Origin: Deltaproteobacteria bacterium
GTDB taxonomy: Bacteria; Myxococcota; JACRCW01
Direction: 5' to 3'
Assembly: GCA_016218805.1 (NCBI GenBank)
Contig: JACRCW010000064.1
Span: forward strand, 1 to 64,000
DNA: 64,000 nucleotides
Shown: positions 1 through 9,643 of the stretch, one piece after another
How positions within the stretch are numbered: position 1 is the first letter of the stretch
How the letters are laid out: the number at the start of each line of letters is the position of its first letter
The notes under the pieces: generated by a model
Told to the model about the DNA's origin: nothing
Seen by the model: only the letters and a program-made list of their open reading frames with translations
Database searches by the model: none
Program-made: the position numbers and the translations under genes

Positions 1-591
1 GACGAGCGCCGCTGCCCGGAGTACGGGCGTCGAGGCCGTCATCGCGCTGCCTATGTCAAGCCCGGTGGGTCTTGCCCGCCACAGCCAACGAAACGCTGGT
101 GAATTCAATGCAATCAGACCCACTCGGAGTGCAGGAGAGCCCCATTTCCTCGCCTGAGCGTTTGGTGCCACCAGGCGGAACAAGCGGGCCACGCCGGCTT
201 CCGTGGAGAGGAAGCCCAAACCCTTCTTGTCTCTTCCCCGCTCTGACACGGATGCATGCTCCCGCATGAGCACGCTGCCCAACCTCTGTGATGACAGTTG
301 TAGCTCGTACCTGAGCCAGTACTTGGGGTCATCAGCATCACCGGCCTCCAGGCACAACACCACCGGTTGGCCCTGAACCCGCGCCAGGCGCTGGACACCC
401 CCGTGGATCTGGTCCAACTCCGCCAGGAATGACCGGCTGGTAGTCCGCGAGAGAATCCGGAGAGCCTCCAGCACGGTGCTCTTGCCGCTGCCGTTGTCCC
501 CCACCAGGACCGTCAGGGGCCCAAATTCCAGGGTCACATCCTCAAAGACCCTCAGGTTCTTCAGGGTGAGTGCAAAGCGACTGAACGCCAT
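1..591 (-). CDS. ABC/AAA_15-AAA_21-like ATPase, N-terminal part (runs off the left edge)
   Basis: Absent from the ORF track because it has no stop in the window. Manual translation from ATG 591 gives MAFSRFALTLKNLRVFEDVTLEFGPLTVLVGDNGSGKSTVLEALRIL, with Walker A GDNGSGKS. The frame is open to base 1. Confidence 0.8.
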   Translation of the reverse strand, partial: MAFSRFALTLKNLRVFEDVTLEFGPLTVLVGDNGSGKSTVLEALRILSRTTSRSFLAELDQIHGGVQRLARVQGQPVVLCLEAGDADDPKYWLRYELQLSSQRLGSVLMREHASVSERGRDKKGLGFLSTEAGVARLFRLVAPNAQARKWGSPALRVGLIALNSPAFRWLWRARPTGLDIGSAMTASTPVLRAAALV

Positions 592-1064
592 GCCGCCCGG
601 TACCACGCGCTTGATCAGGGCCACAACCTGACGGGCAGGAGCCGCTGACCGCCCGGTCCCCTCGTCACCGCTGGGTAGTGCGAAGGATCGCGCAAGCAGA
701 GGTCGTCAGGCCGGGTGGGAGCGTATTCCGTTCAATGTCATGTCCCAGAGAACCTCGCGGTTCTCAATTGGCGCCTTTCCTTGAACGTGCTGCTTCCAAT
801 CCAGTCCCGGGCACTTCTTGGTACCGGAGCCGATTTGCAGCGGCGATGAGCGCCTTGGACACGCCGCGCAGTTCCTCATTGGGCGGGGGGGGCGGCAAGG
901 GTTCATTCCCAGGCATCCCGAGGACACGGCGCTGGTTCCCAGTGTCATGGCTCGGTTGGAGTGTGACGTCCCGCACACCCACCGGGATGCGTGCTGCCGC
1001 TGGGCCCATGTCGCACGGATTCTTCCGAAAAACCCACCGTTGCTGCGCGCCTCCGGCACCGGTT

Positions 1065-2282
1065 TCAGGTCGGCCAGGCGCCTCCGGCGGCCCACCGGGG
1101 TTGCGGCAGACGGGGCCACGTTGACGCCGCGCGGCGCCACGCCCAGGCAAGCGGACACGCGGCTCCGTACAGCGCGAGCACCAGGGCAAATGGGAACACC
1201 TGGTGGACCAGGCGCATCTCAACGCCCTGCGCGCCCGGCATTTGGTTGAGGTTGAGCACAAAGACAATGGGGCCCAGCGCCGCAAGGAACAGGGCCACCA
1301 CGTGCGCCCGGCCACGCACGGTTGCGAGCACGGCCCCGAGCGGGAAGAAGAGCGCGAGCCACGCGAGGTCGCCCAGGTAGTGCACGAAGTAGTGCGACAC
1401 GTACATCACCGTGTTGCGTGCGCACCGGGCGACGACGTCGGCCAGGGAGTGTTCGCCGAACATGTACTGGAAGATGCCAACCGCGGGCGTGTGCTCCCAG
1501 TCGCCCGGGCTGCCCGTGCGCTCAACGTTGCGCCAGAAGTTCACGTCGCTGCCCACCACCCGCGACGGGCCCGCCAGCACGCCCGGCAGCACCAGCACCG
1601 TCGTGACGGCGAGCGTGATGCCCGCGAAGCGCAAAGCGCCACCCCTGGTTTCAGCCCGCCACGCCGGACCCGAGGCCAGCAACACGGTCAGGCACAAGGC
1701 GATGGCCGCCCACCCGTACACGCGCGTGAGCACAAGCAGCGCCCCGCACGCGCCGGCGAGCACCGCGTGGGTGAGGGGCCGCAGGCGCCCGTGGGGCAGG
1801 AACAGGACGGTACCGAAAAGAAGCAGTACGGCGGTGTACAGCGGGTCGCGCAGGCCGCTCACGCTGTAGAACGCCACCATGCGGTTGCTGGCGACGATGG
1901 CGAGGCACGCCAGCGCAAACGCCGGCCCGAACCACACGCGCGCGAACCACCATGCGGCCACCGCCAGCAGCAGCGTGTGCACCACGGTGACCAACCGCGC
2001 GGCGCGGTAGCCGTCGTCAACAAAGGCCAGCGCAACCTTCAGGAAGAACACGTGCAGCGGCTCGCGGTACCCGGAGTCATAGAAGAAGCGCATGTGGCGC
2101 GCCCCGTCCAGGAAACCCGGCAGGTCCCCGCTCATGGGCTCCGACGCGAGGTCCTGAAACGCGGTGCCTGTTGACGAGAACAGCACGAGCAGCAGCGCCG
2201 CGACCGCCAGCGCCTCGGCCTGCCGCCACCTGCGTCTCACGTCGACGGGGTTGCTGGACACCGTGCGCTCCCGCGCCGGCAC
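1065..2282 (-). CDS. Multi-pass membrane glycosyltransferase, GT-C fold (ArnT/PMT-like)
   Basis: About 10 hydrophobic segments, early acidic GD and REPLH motifs, RDPLY motif. Exact start uncertain. Confidence 0.6.
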   Translation of the reverse strand: MPARERTVSSNPVDVRRRWRQAEALAVAALLLVLFSSTGTAFQDLASEPMSGDLPGFLDGARHMRFFYDSGYREPLHVFFLKVALAFVDDGYRAARLVTVVHTLLLAVAAWWFARVWFGPAFALACLAIVASNRMVAFYSVSGLRDPLYTAVLLLFGTVLFLPHGRLRPLTHAVLAGACGALLVLTRVYGWAAIALCLTVLLASGPAWRAETRGGALRFAGITLAVTTVLVLPGVLAGPSRVVGSDVNFWRNVERTGSPGDWEHTPAVGIFQYMFGEHSLADVVARCARNTVMYVSHYFVHYLGDLAWLALFFPLGAVLATVRGRAHVVALFLAALGPIVFVLNLNQMPGAQGVEMRLVHQVFPFALVLALYGAACPLAWAWRRAASTWPRLPQPRWAAGGAWPT

Positions 2283-2477
2283 GCGGCGTCATGACCCACG
2301 GTAGGGGAGCGCTCCCGGCCCAGCAAGGCGACGGGCGCGCGCCCGCACCGCCGCCCGCAGCCGGGTGCTCTCCGTCCGGCGGGCATGGGCGCGGGCGAAA
2401 CCACGGGATTCACCGTTCACGTTTCTTCAGAAACACAACGCGTCAAATGAACCTAATTTCCAAAGCGGAGGGGCGCC

Positions 2478-3362
2478 ATGTCAAAGATTCCGTCGCGTGC
2501 TTGGGTCGTTGGCGTGTTCGCATGGACCGCGTGCCAGGGAAGGGATTCATTGGATTATTTCGACCTGCCCCGGCGCGTGGAGGAGCAGCGGGCCTCGCCC
2601 GTGCGTTGGCCCCCGTCCGCATTGACGCTGCGTGGCGTCGTGGACGAGCGACTTGGCCTGCCTGCGCTGACGGCGGGGTTTGGTGGACGCCCGCTGGAAA
2701 TCGCGCTGGTGGCCTCGGTCCAGTTCCCGGGCTACGTGGAGGAGGACGTCCGCATGACGGATGCGCTGGTGGGCACCATGGAAGTCACGCGCCTGGTACC
2801 GCGGACGTCTCCGCGCGGGGCCGTGGTGGGGATCCATGGACACGACCGGGACCGCCAGGACTTTTCCGACAACCTGCTGGGGCGGGAACTGGCGGCCAGC
2901 GGCCTGCTTGTGATGATGCCGACCCTCCGCGCCATGGAGTGTGACGCCGAGGAAAGCGCGGTGGCCGCCCACCTGAGCGCCAACCATCTCTCCTTGATGG
3001 GCGTTCGCGTCTACGAGGTGCTGCTGGTGCTCAAGCACCTGGATGGGAGGCCGGACGTCCCGCGCGGGCACGTGGCGCTGATGGGGCATTCCGGTGGAAG
3101 CACCGTGGCGGCGCTGGTGGCGCGCGTCACCAGCGGCGTGTCCGTGCTGGTGACCGACTACGACGTGGACTTCCTCAACCGGTGCCCCCGTCCGGGCAAA
3201 CCGGACCTGCCGCATTGTGAGACGATCCCCGCCTTCCGGCCGCTGCGGTCACGCCTGCAGGACCCCGGCACGCTGGACCTGCACTGGCTCAAGGTTCCCT
3301 ACGCGTACGGCGACGCAGCCAAGCGCGCGGAGATCATCCGGTTCGTCGGGTCCTACATCTGA
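2478..3362 (+). CDS. Alpha/beta hydrolase, possible lipoprotein
   Basis: GIHGH motif, GHSGG nucleophile elbow, N-terminal hydrophobic stretch ending in WTAC. Confidence 0.65.
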   Translation: MSKIPSRAWVVGVFAWTACQGRDSLDYFDLPRRVEEQRASPVRWPPSALTLRGVVDERLGLPALTAGFGGRPLEIALVASVQFPGYVEEDVRMTDALVGTMEVTRLVPRTSPRGAVVGIHGHDRDRQDFSDNLLGRELAASGLLVMMPTLRAMECDAEESAVAAHLSANHLSLMGVRVYEVLLVLKHLDGRPDVPRGHVALMGHSGGSTVAALVARVTSGVSVLVTDYDVDFLNRCPRPGKPDLPHCETIPAFRPLRSRLQDPGTLDLHWLKVPYAYGDAAKRAEIIRFVGSYI

Positions 3363-3494
3363 TTCGCGGCCTGCGCGCGACGGTGTCGGTGCGGTGTCCG
3401 GCGCGTCGTGGTCGTGACGTTCTCGACGTTGCGCTTGGACCGCCAGCGGTCCGCGTTCTAGGGTTTCCCAGGTCGCCCCGGGGTCCCAGCGCTC

Positions 3495-5786
3495 ATGCCG
3501 CCAGTGATGAAACCGAGCGTGGAGGTGGCGCCCAGCGGCTCGTCGGTGCGCCTGTTGGATCATGCCAGCGGACGGTTCCTGGAGCTGACGGCCGCAGAGG
3601 GCAGCGTCCTGGCCGCGCATGACGGCGTCATGACCATGGAGCAGCTCACGCAGCGCCTGCAGGCGGCCGGGCAGGTGCTGGAGGTGGAGCAGGTGACCGC
3701 CATCCTGGAGCGGGTGGCCCGCGCCGGGTTCCTGGCCGAACGCGCCGCTCCCGCGCCCAACGCCGCCGCGCCGCTGCTCATCACCGACCAGGTCCCGTTG
3801 TTCCGTCCGGACCTGGAGGTGACCCGCCAGGAGGGTGCCAAGGGCCTGATGGAGGTGAAGGACCCGGTCCGCGGCCGGTCGTTCAGCCTGTATGACTTTG
3901 AGGTCTCCATTGCGCGCATGCTCAACGGGCGGCGCACGGCTGAGGACGTCATCCACGCCGCCGGGCGGCTGGGCATCACGGTCACGCTGGACAGCCTGCG
4001 GAAGTTCATCCGGCAGCTGGCCGCCTACCGGTTTCTGGAGGAGGGCGGGGCGGCCACCGAGGACACCGACCCGCAGCGCAAGACGTGGGCGCCGCGGCAG
4101 CCGTGGACCAGCGAGATACGGGAGTTCTTCCAGAGTGCGCTGCGGCTGTTCCGCCTGGGGCGCCTGGAGGAGGCGCGCGGCCACCTGGACGCGCTGCTGC
4201 AGCTGGACCCGGCCAACCCGGAGGCGGTGGACCTGCGCGCCCGCGTCATGGAACAGGTGGAGACCGGGACTGCGCTGGCGCTGCTGTTCGACGATCTGCA
4301 CGGGCCGTGGGACGACACCGCGCCGGCGTTGGCGGCGGCATCTGAACCGCCCGCCGGCCCGGAACTGCCCGCGTTCCAGGACGAGTTCCCCGTGCCGGCG
4401 GCGACGGAGCCCCCGCTCCCCGACGAGCCCGCGCCCCCGCAAGCGGCCGCGCCCGAGGCGCCGCCGGACGAGTGGCCGGAGAGCGCGCCGGATGCCCCAC
4501 CGCCCACGACGAGCGAGGTGGCGCTGATCTGGAACACCGGGAGCGACTGGGGGCAGGTGCCGACCACGTCGCCACCCACACCGGTTGCACCGGTACACGC
4601 GGACGCGCCCGAGGAAGCGGACGTGGCCCTGGACAACGCGGTCCCGCCCACGGCGCCGGCGCCGCGGCCGCAGGGGCGGCGCGGGCTGTGGTTGGGCGGG
4701 GCGGCGGTGGTGCTGCTGGGGCTGACGGCGCTGTTCCCGGTCACGGAGGTGCGCCGGTTCAAGTGCGAGCTGGCCTCCATGGTGCTGGCGGAGGTGACCT
4801 CGCCGCGGCCGGGCCGGCTGGTGCAGTGGCTGGTGAAGGACGGCAGCGCGGTGACGGCGGGACACGTCGTGGCGCGCTTGGAGCAGGAAGCGCTGGCGCA
4901 GCAGGTGCGCCAGCTGGGGCCCCGCAAGGTGGCATTGGAGGGCCAGCTGGGTGACCTCAAGGCGCGGGTGGCGGGGGCTTCCGCGCGCGCGGAGGCCTCC
5001 CTGGCGCAGGCGGAAGCGCAGCTGGCCCAGGGCGTGGCGCAGCAGGCGCAGCTTGCCCAGCTGGCGGCGCAGGCGGGGCGCGCGCAGACCGCGCGGGCGC
5101 GGGCCGCCGCCCAGCTCCGGGATACCCAGGCGTCCGTGGAGTCCGCGCGGAAAGCGGGCCGGGGCGAGCGGAGCGCGGCGCTGGAGGAGGCCACCGCGGC
5201 GAGCCGCAAGGCGGATGATTGGGCGGCCCGGACGGACCGCGCACGGCGGCAGCTCAAACGGGTCACGCGCGACGTCACGCGGCAGGCGCAGGCGGTGGAG
5301 CAGGCGCGGGCGGCGGTGGCGCGGGTGAGCCGCCGCGCTGAGGTGGACGCGCTGCGGGCGCAACTGGATGCGGTGTGCGAGCCGCTGGCGGCGGCGGAGG
5401 CCACCCTCCGCGCATCCGACGTGGTGGCGCCCCTGGCGGGCAGGGTCCGCATCCGTGAGCCGGTGGGAGCGGAGGTGGGCGCGGGGCAGGCCGTGGCCCA
5501 CGTGGTGGAGCCGCTGGAGCTGGCGGTCACCGTGCGCGGCGGCGTTCCAGATGGCGCGGACCTGGCCAGCGCGGTCCTGGTGCTGCAGGGCGGGCGGCGG
5601 CAGCCGGTGAAGGTGAAAGCAACGCGCTGGGCGGTGGCGCCCGGCGGAGCACGGCAGCTGGAGCTGGGCGTGGACAACCCGGAGGGCACGCTGGGAGGCG
5701 AAGGCCTGGCGGTCCTGGAGGTGCCCGTGGGACGCCGGCCGCTGGTCCTGGGCCTGTGGAGTCCGCCGGCACCCGACGGCACCTGA
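3495..5786 (+). CDS. HlyD-like membrane fusion protein with two N-terminal PqqD/RRE-like domains, a TPR and a Pro-rich linker
   Basis: Two similar winged-helix-like units, a TPR-like segment (EARGHLDALLQLDPANPEA), a TM helix, a lipoyl-like half-motif (VTSPRPGRLVQWLVKDGSAVTAGHVVARL), a long coiled coil and a second half-motif (VVAPLAGRV). Confidence 0.65.
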   Translation: MPPVMKPSVEVAPSGSSVRLLDHASGRFLELTAAEGSVLAAHDGVMTMEQLTQRLQAAGQVLEVEQVTAILERVARAGFLAERAAPAPNAAAPLLITDQVPLFRPDLEVTRQEGAKGLMEVKDPVRGRSFSLYDFEVSIARMLNGRRTAEDVIHAAGRLGITVTLDSLRKFIRQLAAYRFLEEGGAATEDTDPQRKTWAPRQPWTSEIREFFQSALRLFRLGRLEEARGHLDALLQLDPANPEAVDLRARVMEQVETGTALALLFDDLHGPWDDTAPALAAASEPPAGPELPAFQDEFPVPAATEPPLPDEPAPPQAAAPEAPPDEWPESAPDAPPPTTSEVALIWNTGSDWGQVPTTSPPTPVAPVHADAPEEADVALDNAVPPTAPAPRPQGRRGLWLGGAAVVLLGLTALFPVTEVRRFKCELASMVLAEVTSPRPGRLVQWLVKDGSAVTAGHVVARLEQEALAQQVRQLGPRKVALEGQLGDLKARVAGASARAEASLAQAEAQLAQGVAQQAQLAQLAAQAGRAQTARARAAAQLRDTQASVESARKAGRGERSAALEEATAASRKADDWAARTDRARRQLKRVTRDVTRQAQAVEQARAAVARVSRRAEVDALRAQLDAVCEPLAAAEATLRASDVVAPLAGRVRIREPVGAEVGAGQAVAHVVEPLELAVTVRGGVPDGADLASAVLVLQGGRRQPVKVKATRWAVAPGGARQLELGVDNPEGTLGGEGLAVLEVPVGRRPLVLGLWSPPAPDGT

Positions 5787-5869
5787 GCGGCGCGGACGGG
5801 CAGCGCCCGCTGTGGCCAGCCACGCGGGAGGGGGCTACGGTCCGTCGCGCCTGGGACGGAGGGCGGCAC

Positions 5870-7690
5870 ATGAGCGTCGGTGACGGTGGGCGCAGGGAAC
5901 CGGCGGTGCGGGTGCTGCTGGTGGAGGACGAACCGGACCTGCGCACCACGCTGCGGTACAACCTCCGCCGCGCCGGTTACGACGTCACGGAGGCCGGCCA
6001 CGGCGTGGAGGCGCTGGAGCTGGTGGCGCGCGGCCAGGCGATGGATCTCGTCATTTCCGACGTGATGATGCCGCAGATGGACGGCTTTGAGCTGGCGCGG
6101 CGGCTGCGGGCCATGCCGTCGTTTTCGGAGACGCCGGTCATCTTCCTGACGGCGCGCGGCGAGAGCGCGGACCGGGTGGAGGGGTTCCGTGCCGGCGCGG
6201 ATGACTACCTGACCAAGCCGTTTGACGTGGAAGCGCTGCTGGCGCGCGTGCAGGTGCAGGCACGGCGGGCGGTGGTGGCGCGCGGCCTGCGCGAGCAGGT
6301 GCAGCGTCCGTCACCGGAGGCGGCCGGCGCGTTTGACCTGTTTGCCAAGGTGGCCGAGTGGGAGCGCCGGTTCCCCGCGCTGGCGGTGATCCGGCGGGAC
6401 GCCATCGTCGGGCAGAGCCCGCGCACGCTGCACCTGCTGCGCGAGGTCCTGCTGCGCGCGCCCGGCAAGGACCCGGTGCTCATCGTCGGGGACACGGGCA
6501 CGGGCAAGACCGGCGTGGCGGAGGCGCTGTGGCGGCTGGGCCCGCGCGCGGACAAGCCGTTCCGGGTGGTGAACTGCGCGGAACTGGCGGCGGCGGACGC
6601 GGCCATCACGCTGGGCAAGCTGTTTGGCTACGGGAAGAACAGCGGGCTCAACAACGTCCCCCGGGAAGGGCAGCAGGGCCTGCTGGAGGACCTGGACGGC
6701 GGCACGCTGTTCCTGGATGAGATCCACCAACTCCCGCTCACCGCGCAGGCCATGTTGCTGCTGCCCGTGGAAGGCCGCCCGTTCAACCCGGCCGTTGGCA
6801 AGGGCATGGAGCGCCGCGTGGACGTGAAGTTCATCTTTGCCACCAACATGGACCTCAAGGGCGAGGCGGTGGCGGGGCGCTTCCCCTCGGACCTCTACCA
6901 GCGCCTGTCGGCCAGCCAGATCCGCGTGCCGGGGCTGGCGGAACGCCGCGAGGACATCTCCACGCTGGCCGAGCACTTTCTCGACGAGTGCAAGGAGGAG
7001 TTTGACCTGCCGGACGCGGGGTTTGCGCCGTCACTGATGCGGCACCTGGTGCAGCGTGACTGGCCCGGCAACGTGCGGGAGCTGCGCGGTGCCGTGCGCG
7101 AGATGGCGCGGCGCGCCGCGTTTGAGCAGGACGCGGTGCTGACGGTGGCCCACCTGCCTGAGGCGCCCGCGGCGGCGGCCGGGGAACCCGTCACCGGCCC
7201 CGAGGTGGTGGCGCCCGTGCCCGCGCCGGCCGGCGGTGCGCCCGCCGCCACCGCGCCGGACCACACGCATGATGACGGCGGGGGCACCTGGGATGAGATG
7301 GAGCTGGAGAAGCTGTCCGCGCTGCGGCGCCACCGCTTCAAGATCAGCGCCGCCGAACGCGAGCTGGGACTGTCCACGCGCTCGCGCACGCTCACCAACC
7401 AGCTGCGTGCGCTGTGCTTCAAGGCGCTGTCCACCCGGAAATGGAACGTGGAGGAGGCCGCGCGGCTGGTGGTGGGGCGCCCGCACCCCACGCTGGAATT
7501 CCGCATGGTGGAGCGCATGCAAAGCTACATGCGCATGGTGGACCAGCACGTGGCGGCCCACACCACGGAACTGGTGTTCAACAACATCCCGCGCGTCTAC
7601 CGGCGCTTCCTGGAGGAGGCCGTGGAGCGGTCCCGCGCGGGGCACAAGGCGCCCGCCGGCCCGGGGGCGCCCGTCGAGGAAGATGCATGA
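5870..7690 (+). CDS. NtrC-like response regulator (REC + AAA+ + HTH) lacking the GAFTGA motif
   Basis: REC motifs VEDE, DVMMP and KPF; Walker A GDTGTGKT; Walker B LFLDE; WPGNVREL. Start ATG 5870 follows a GGAGG. Confidence 0.85.
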   Translation: MSVGDGGRREPAVRVLLVEDEPDLRTTLRYNLRRAGYDVTEAGHGVEALELVARGQAMDLVISDVMMPQMDGFELARRLRAMPSFSETPVIFLTARGESADRVEGFRAGADDYLTKPFDVEALLARVQVQARRAVVARGLREQVQRPSPEAAGAFDLFAKVAEWERRFPALAVIRRDAIVGQSPRTLHLLREVLLRAPGKDPVLIVGDTGTGKTGVAEALWRLGPRADKPFRVVNCAELAAADAAITLGKLFGYGKNSGLNNVPREGQQGLLEDLDGGTLFLDEIHQLPLTAQAMLLLPVEGRPFNPAVGKGMERRVDVKFIFATNMDLKGEAVAGRFPSDLYQRLSASQIRVPGLAERREDISTLAEHFLDECKEEFDLPDAGFAPSLMRHLVQRDWPGNVRELRGAVREMARRAAFEQDAVLTVAHLPEAPAAAAGEPVTGPEVVAPVPAPAGGAPAATAPDHTHDDGGGTWDEMELEKLSALRRHRFKISAAERELGLSTRSRTLTNQLRALCFKALSTRKWNVEEAARLVVGRPHPTLEFRMVERMQSYMRMVDQHVAAHTTELVFNNIPRVYRRFLEEAVERSRAGHKAPAGPGAPVEEDA

Positions 7691-8919
7691 GGCGGTCCGT
7701 GCTCACCGCGGCGCTGGGCGCCTGGTGCGCGTGCAGCGCGTGGGGGGACAAGGCGCCCCCCAAGTTTGAGACGGTGGTGGTGGACAAGGGCCGGGTCAGC
7801 GCGCGCGTCACCGCATCCGGCACGCTGGCCGCGCTGGTGACCGTGCAGGTGGGGACGCAGGTGTCCGGCCGCCTCCATGAGATCAAGGTGGACTTCAATG
7901 ACGTGGTGAAGAAGGGCCAGGTCATTGCGCGGATTGACCCGCGGTTGTTTGAGGCGGCGCTGGAGCAGGCGCGCGCCAACCTGCAGGCCGCGGAAGGGAA
8001 CCTGCAGCGCGCGGAGGTGGAGGCGGCTGAGGCCCGCCGCAAGCGGGACCGCCTGCAGGAGATGGGCGCGGCCGGCGCGCGGTATGACGTGGAGGCGGCC
8101 ACCGCGGTGGCGGATGGCGCCCAGGCCAATGTGTCCGCGGTGAAGGGCCAGGTGGCGCAGTCCCGCGCCAACGTGAAACAGGCGGAACTCAACCTCAGCT
8201 ACACGGTGATCCACGCGCCCATTGACGGGATTGTCATCTCGCGCGCCGTGGACGTGGGCCAGACGGTGGCGGCCAGCTTCCAGTCCCCCACGCTGTTCAC
8301 CATCGCGGAAGACCTGCGCAAGATGCAGGTGGAGACCGCCGTGTCGGAGGCGGACATTGGGCGGCTGTCCGCCGGCATGGAGGCCACCTTCACCGTGGAC
8401 GCGTGGCCCGGCCGCCGCTTCCAGGGACGCGTGCGGCAGATACGCAACGCGCCCATCAACGTGCAGAACGTGGTCACCTACACCGTGGTGATGGACGTGG
8501 AGAACCCGGACCTGGCGCTCAAGCCCGGCATGACCGCCACGGCCAACTTCACCTACGCGGAGCGCGAAGGCGTCCTGCGCGTGCCCAACGCCGCGCTGCG
8601 CTTCCGCCCGTCACCGGAGGTGCTGGCGCGCCTCAACCCCGACGGGGGACGGCCGGAGGGCGCGCACCCGGAGACCTCCCGCCGGCCGGTGGCGGAGCGC
8701 AGCCCGGACAAGCGCACCGTGTGGGTCCTGCGCGACGGGACGCCGGTGGCGGTGCCCGTGAAGGTGGGCATCACCGACGGCACCACCACGGAGCTGGTGG
8801 AGGGTGAGGTGCACGAGGGCGACAAGCTGGTCACCGACATCATCTTCAAGGACCCCAAGAGCAACGCGCTCCCGGGCGGTTCTCCCGTCCCCGGCGGCCC
8901 GGGACGGCGCATGCTGTGA
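7687..8919 (+). CDS. MacA-like efflux periplasmic adaptor subunit
   Basis: VQVGTQVSG, APIDGIVI, GQTVAASFQSPTLF, LKPGMTA. ATGA overlap with the upstream stop. Confidence 0.9.
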   Translation: MRRSVLTAALGAWCACSAWGDKAPPKFETVVVDKGRVSARVTASGTLAALVTVQVGTQVSGRLHEIKVDFNDVVKKGQVIARIDPRLFEAALEQARANLQAAEGNLQRAEVEAAEARRKRDRLQEMGAAGARYDVEAATAVADGAQANVSAVKGQVAQSRANVKQAELNLSYTVIHAPIDGIVISRAVDVGQTVAASFQSPTLFTIAEDLRKMQVETAVSEADIGRLSAGMEATFTVDAWPGRRFQGRVRQIRNAPINVQNVVTYTVVMDVENPDLALKPGMTATANFTYAEREGVLRVPNAALRFRPSPEVLARLNPDGGRPEGAHPETSRRPVAERSPDKRTVWVLRDGTPVAVPVKVGITDGTTTELVEGEVHEGDKLVTDIIFKDPKSNALPGGSPVPGGPGRRML

Positions 8920-8923
8920 CGCC

Positions 8924-9643
8924 ATGGATGCACCGCCTCCCGTCGTCGAACTGCGCGATGTCGCCCGCGTCTACCAGATGGGCGACACGGCGGTGCACGC
9001 GCTGCGCGGGGTGACGCTGCAGGTCACCGCCGGCGAACTGGTGGCCGTCATGGGCACCTCCGGGTCCGGTAAGAGCACGCTGATGAACCTGGTGGGCTGC
9101 CTGGACCGGCCCAGCTCCGGCAGCTGCCTGGTGGACGGGCAGGACGTGGGGAAGCTGTCGCGGGGGGCGCGCGCCCAGCTGCGGGGGCGGACGGTGGGTT
9201 TTGTGTTCCAGAACTTCCACCTGCTGCCGCGCACCAGCGCGCTGGAGAACGTGGAGCTGCCGCTGGTGTACCAGGGCGTGGCCCGGCGCGAGCGCGTGCG
9301 CCGCAGCGCTGAGGCGCTCACGCGCGTGGGCCTGGGTGACCGCCTGCACCACCGTTCCAATGAGATGAGCGGCGGCCAGATGCAGCGCGTGGCCATTGCC
9401 CGGGCGCTGGTCACGCGCCCGCGGCTGCTGCTGGCGGACGAGCCCACCGGCAACCTGGACAGCCGCACGTCCACGGAGATCATGGCGCTGCTGCAGGAGG
9501 TGCACGCAGGCGGCATCACGGTGGTGCTGGTCACCCACAGCCCGGAGATTGCCGCGCACGCCCAGCGCGTGCTGCGCATGCATGACGGGTGCGTGGTGGA
9601 AGACCGGCGGCAGCAGATGGCTCCGGCGGGGGTGGCGGCGTGA
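8924..9643 (+). CDS. MacB/LolD-type ABC transporter ATP-binding protein
   Basis: [38 protein letters not shown]. Confidence 0.95.
   Translation: MDAPPPVVELRDVARVYQMGDTAVHALRGVTLQVTAGELVAVMGTSGSGKSTLMNLVGCLDRPSSGSCLVDGQDVGKLSRGARAQLRGRTVGFVFQNFHLLPRTSALENVELPLVYQGVARRERVRRSAEALTRVGLGDRLHHRSNEMSGGQMQRVAIARALVTRPRLLLADEPTGNLDSRTSTEIMALLQEVHAGGITVVLVTHSPEIAAHAQRVLRMHDGCVVEDRRQQMAPAGVAA

Noticed and set aside
678..1315. Short ORFs 678..1124, 706..1158 and 764..1315
   Set aside because: No recognisable motifs, and they overlap each other and the GT-C gene.
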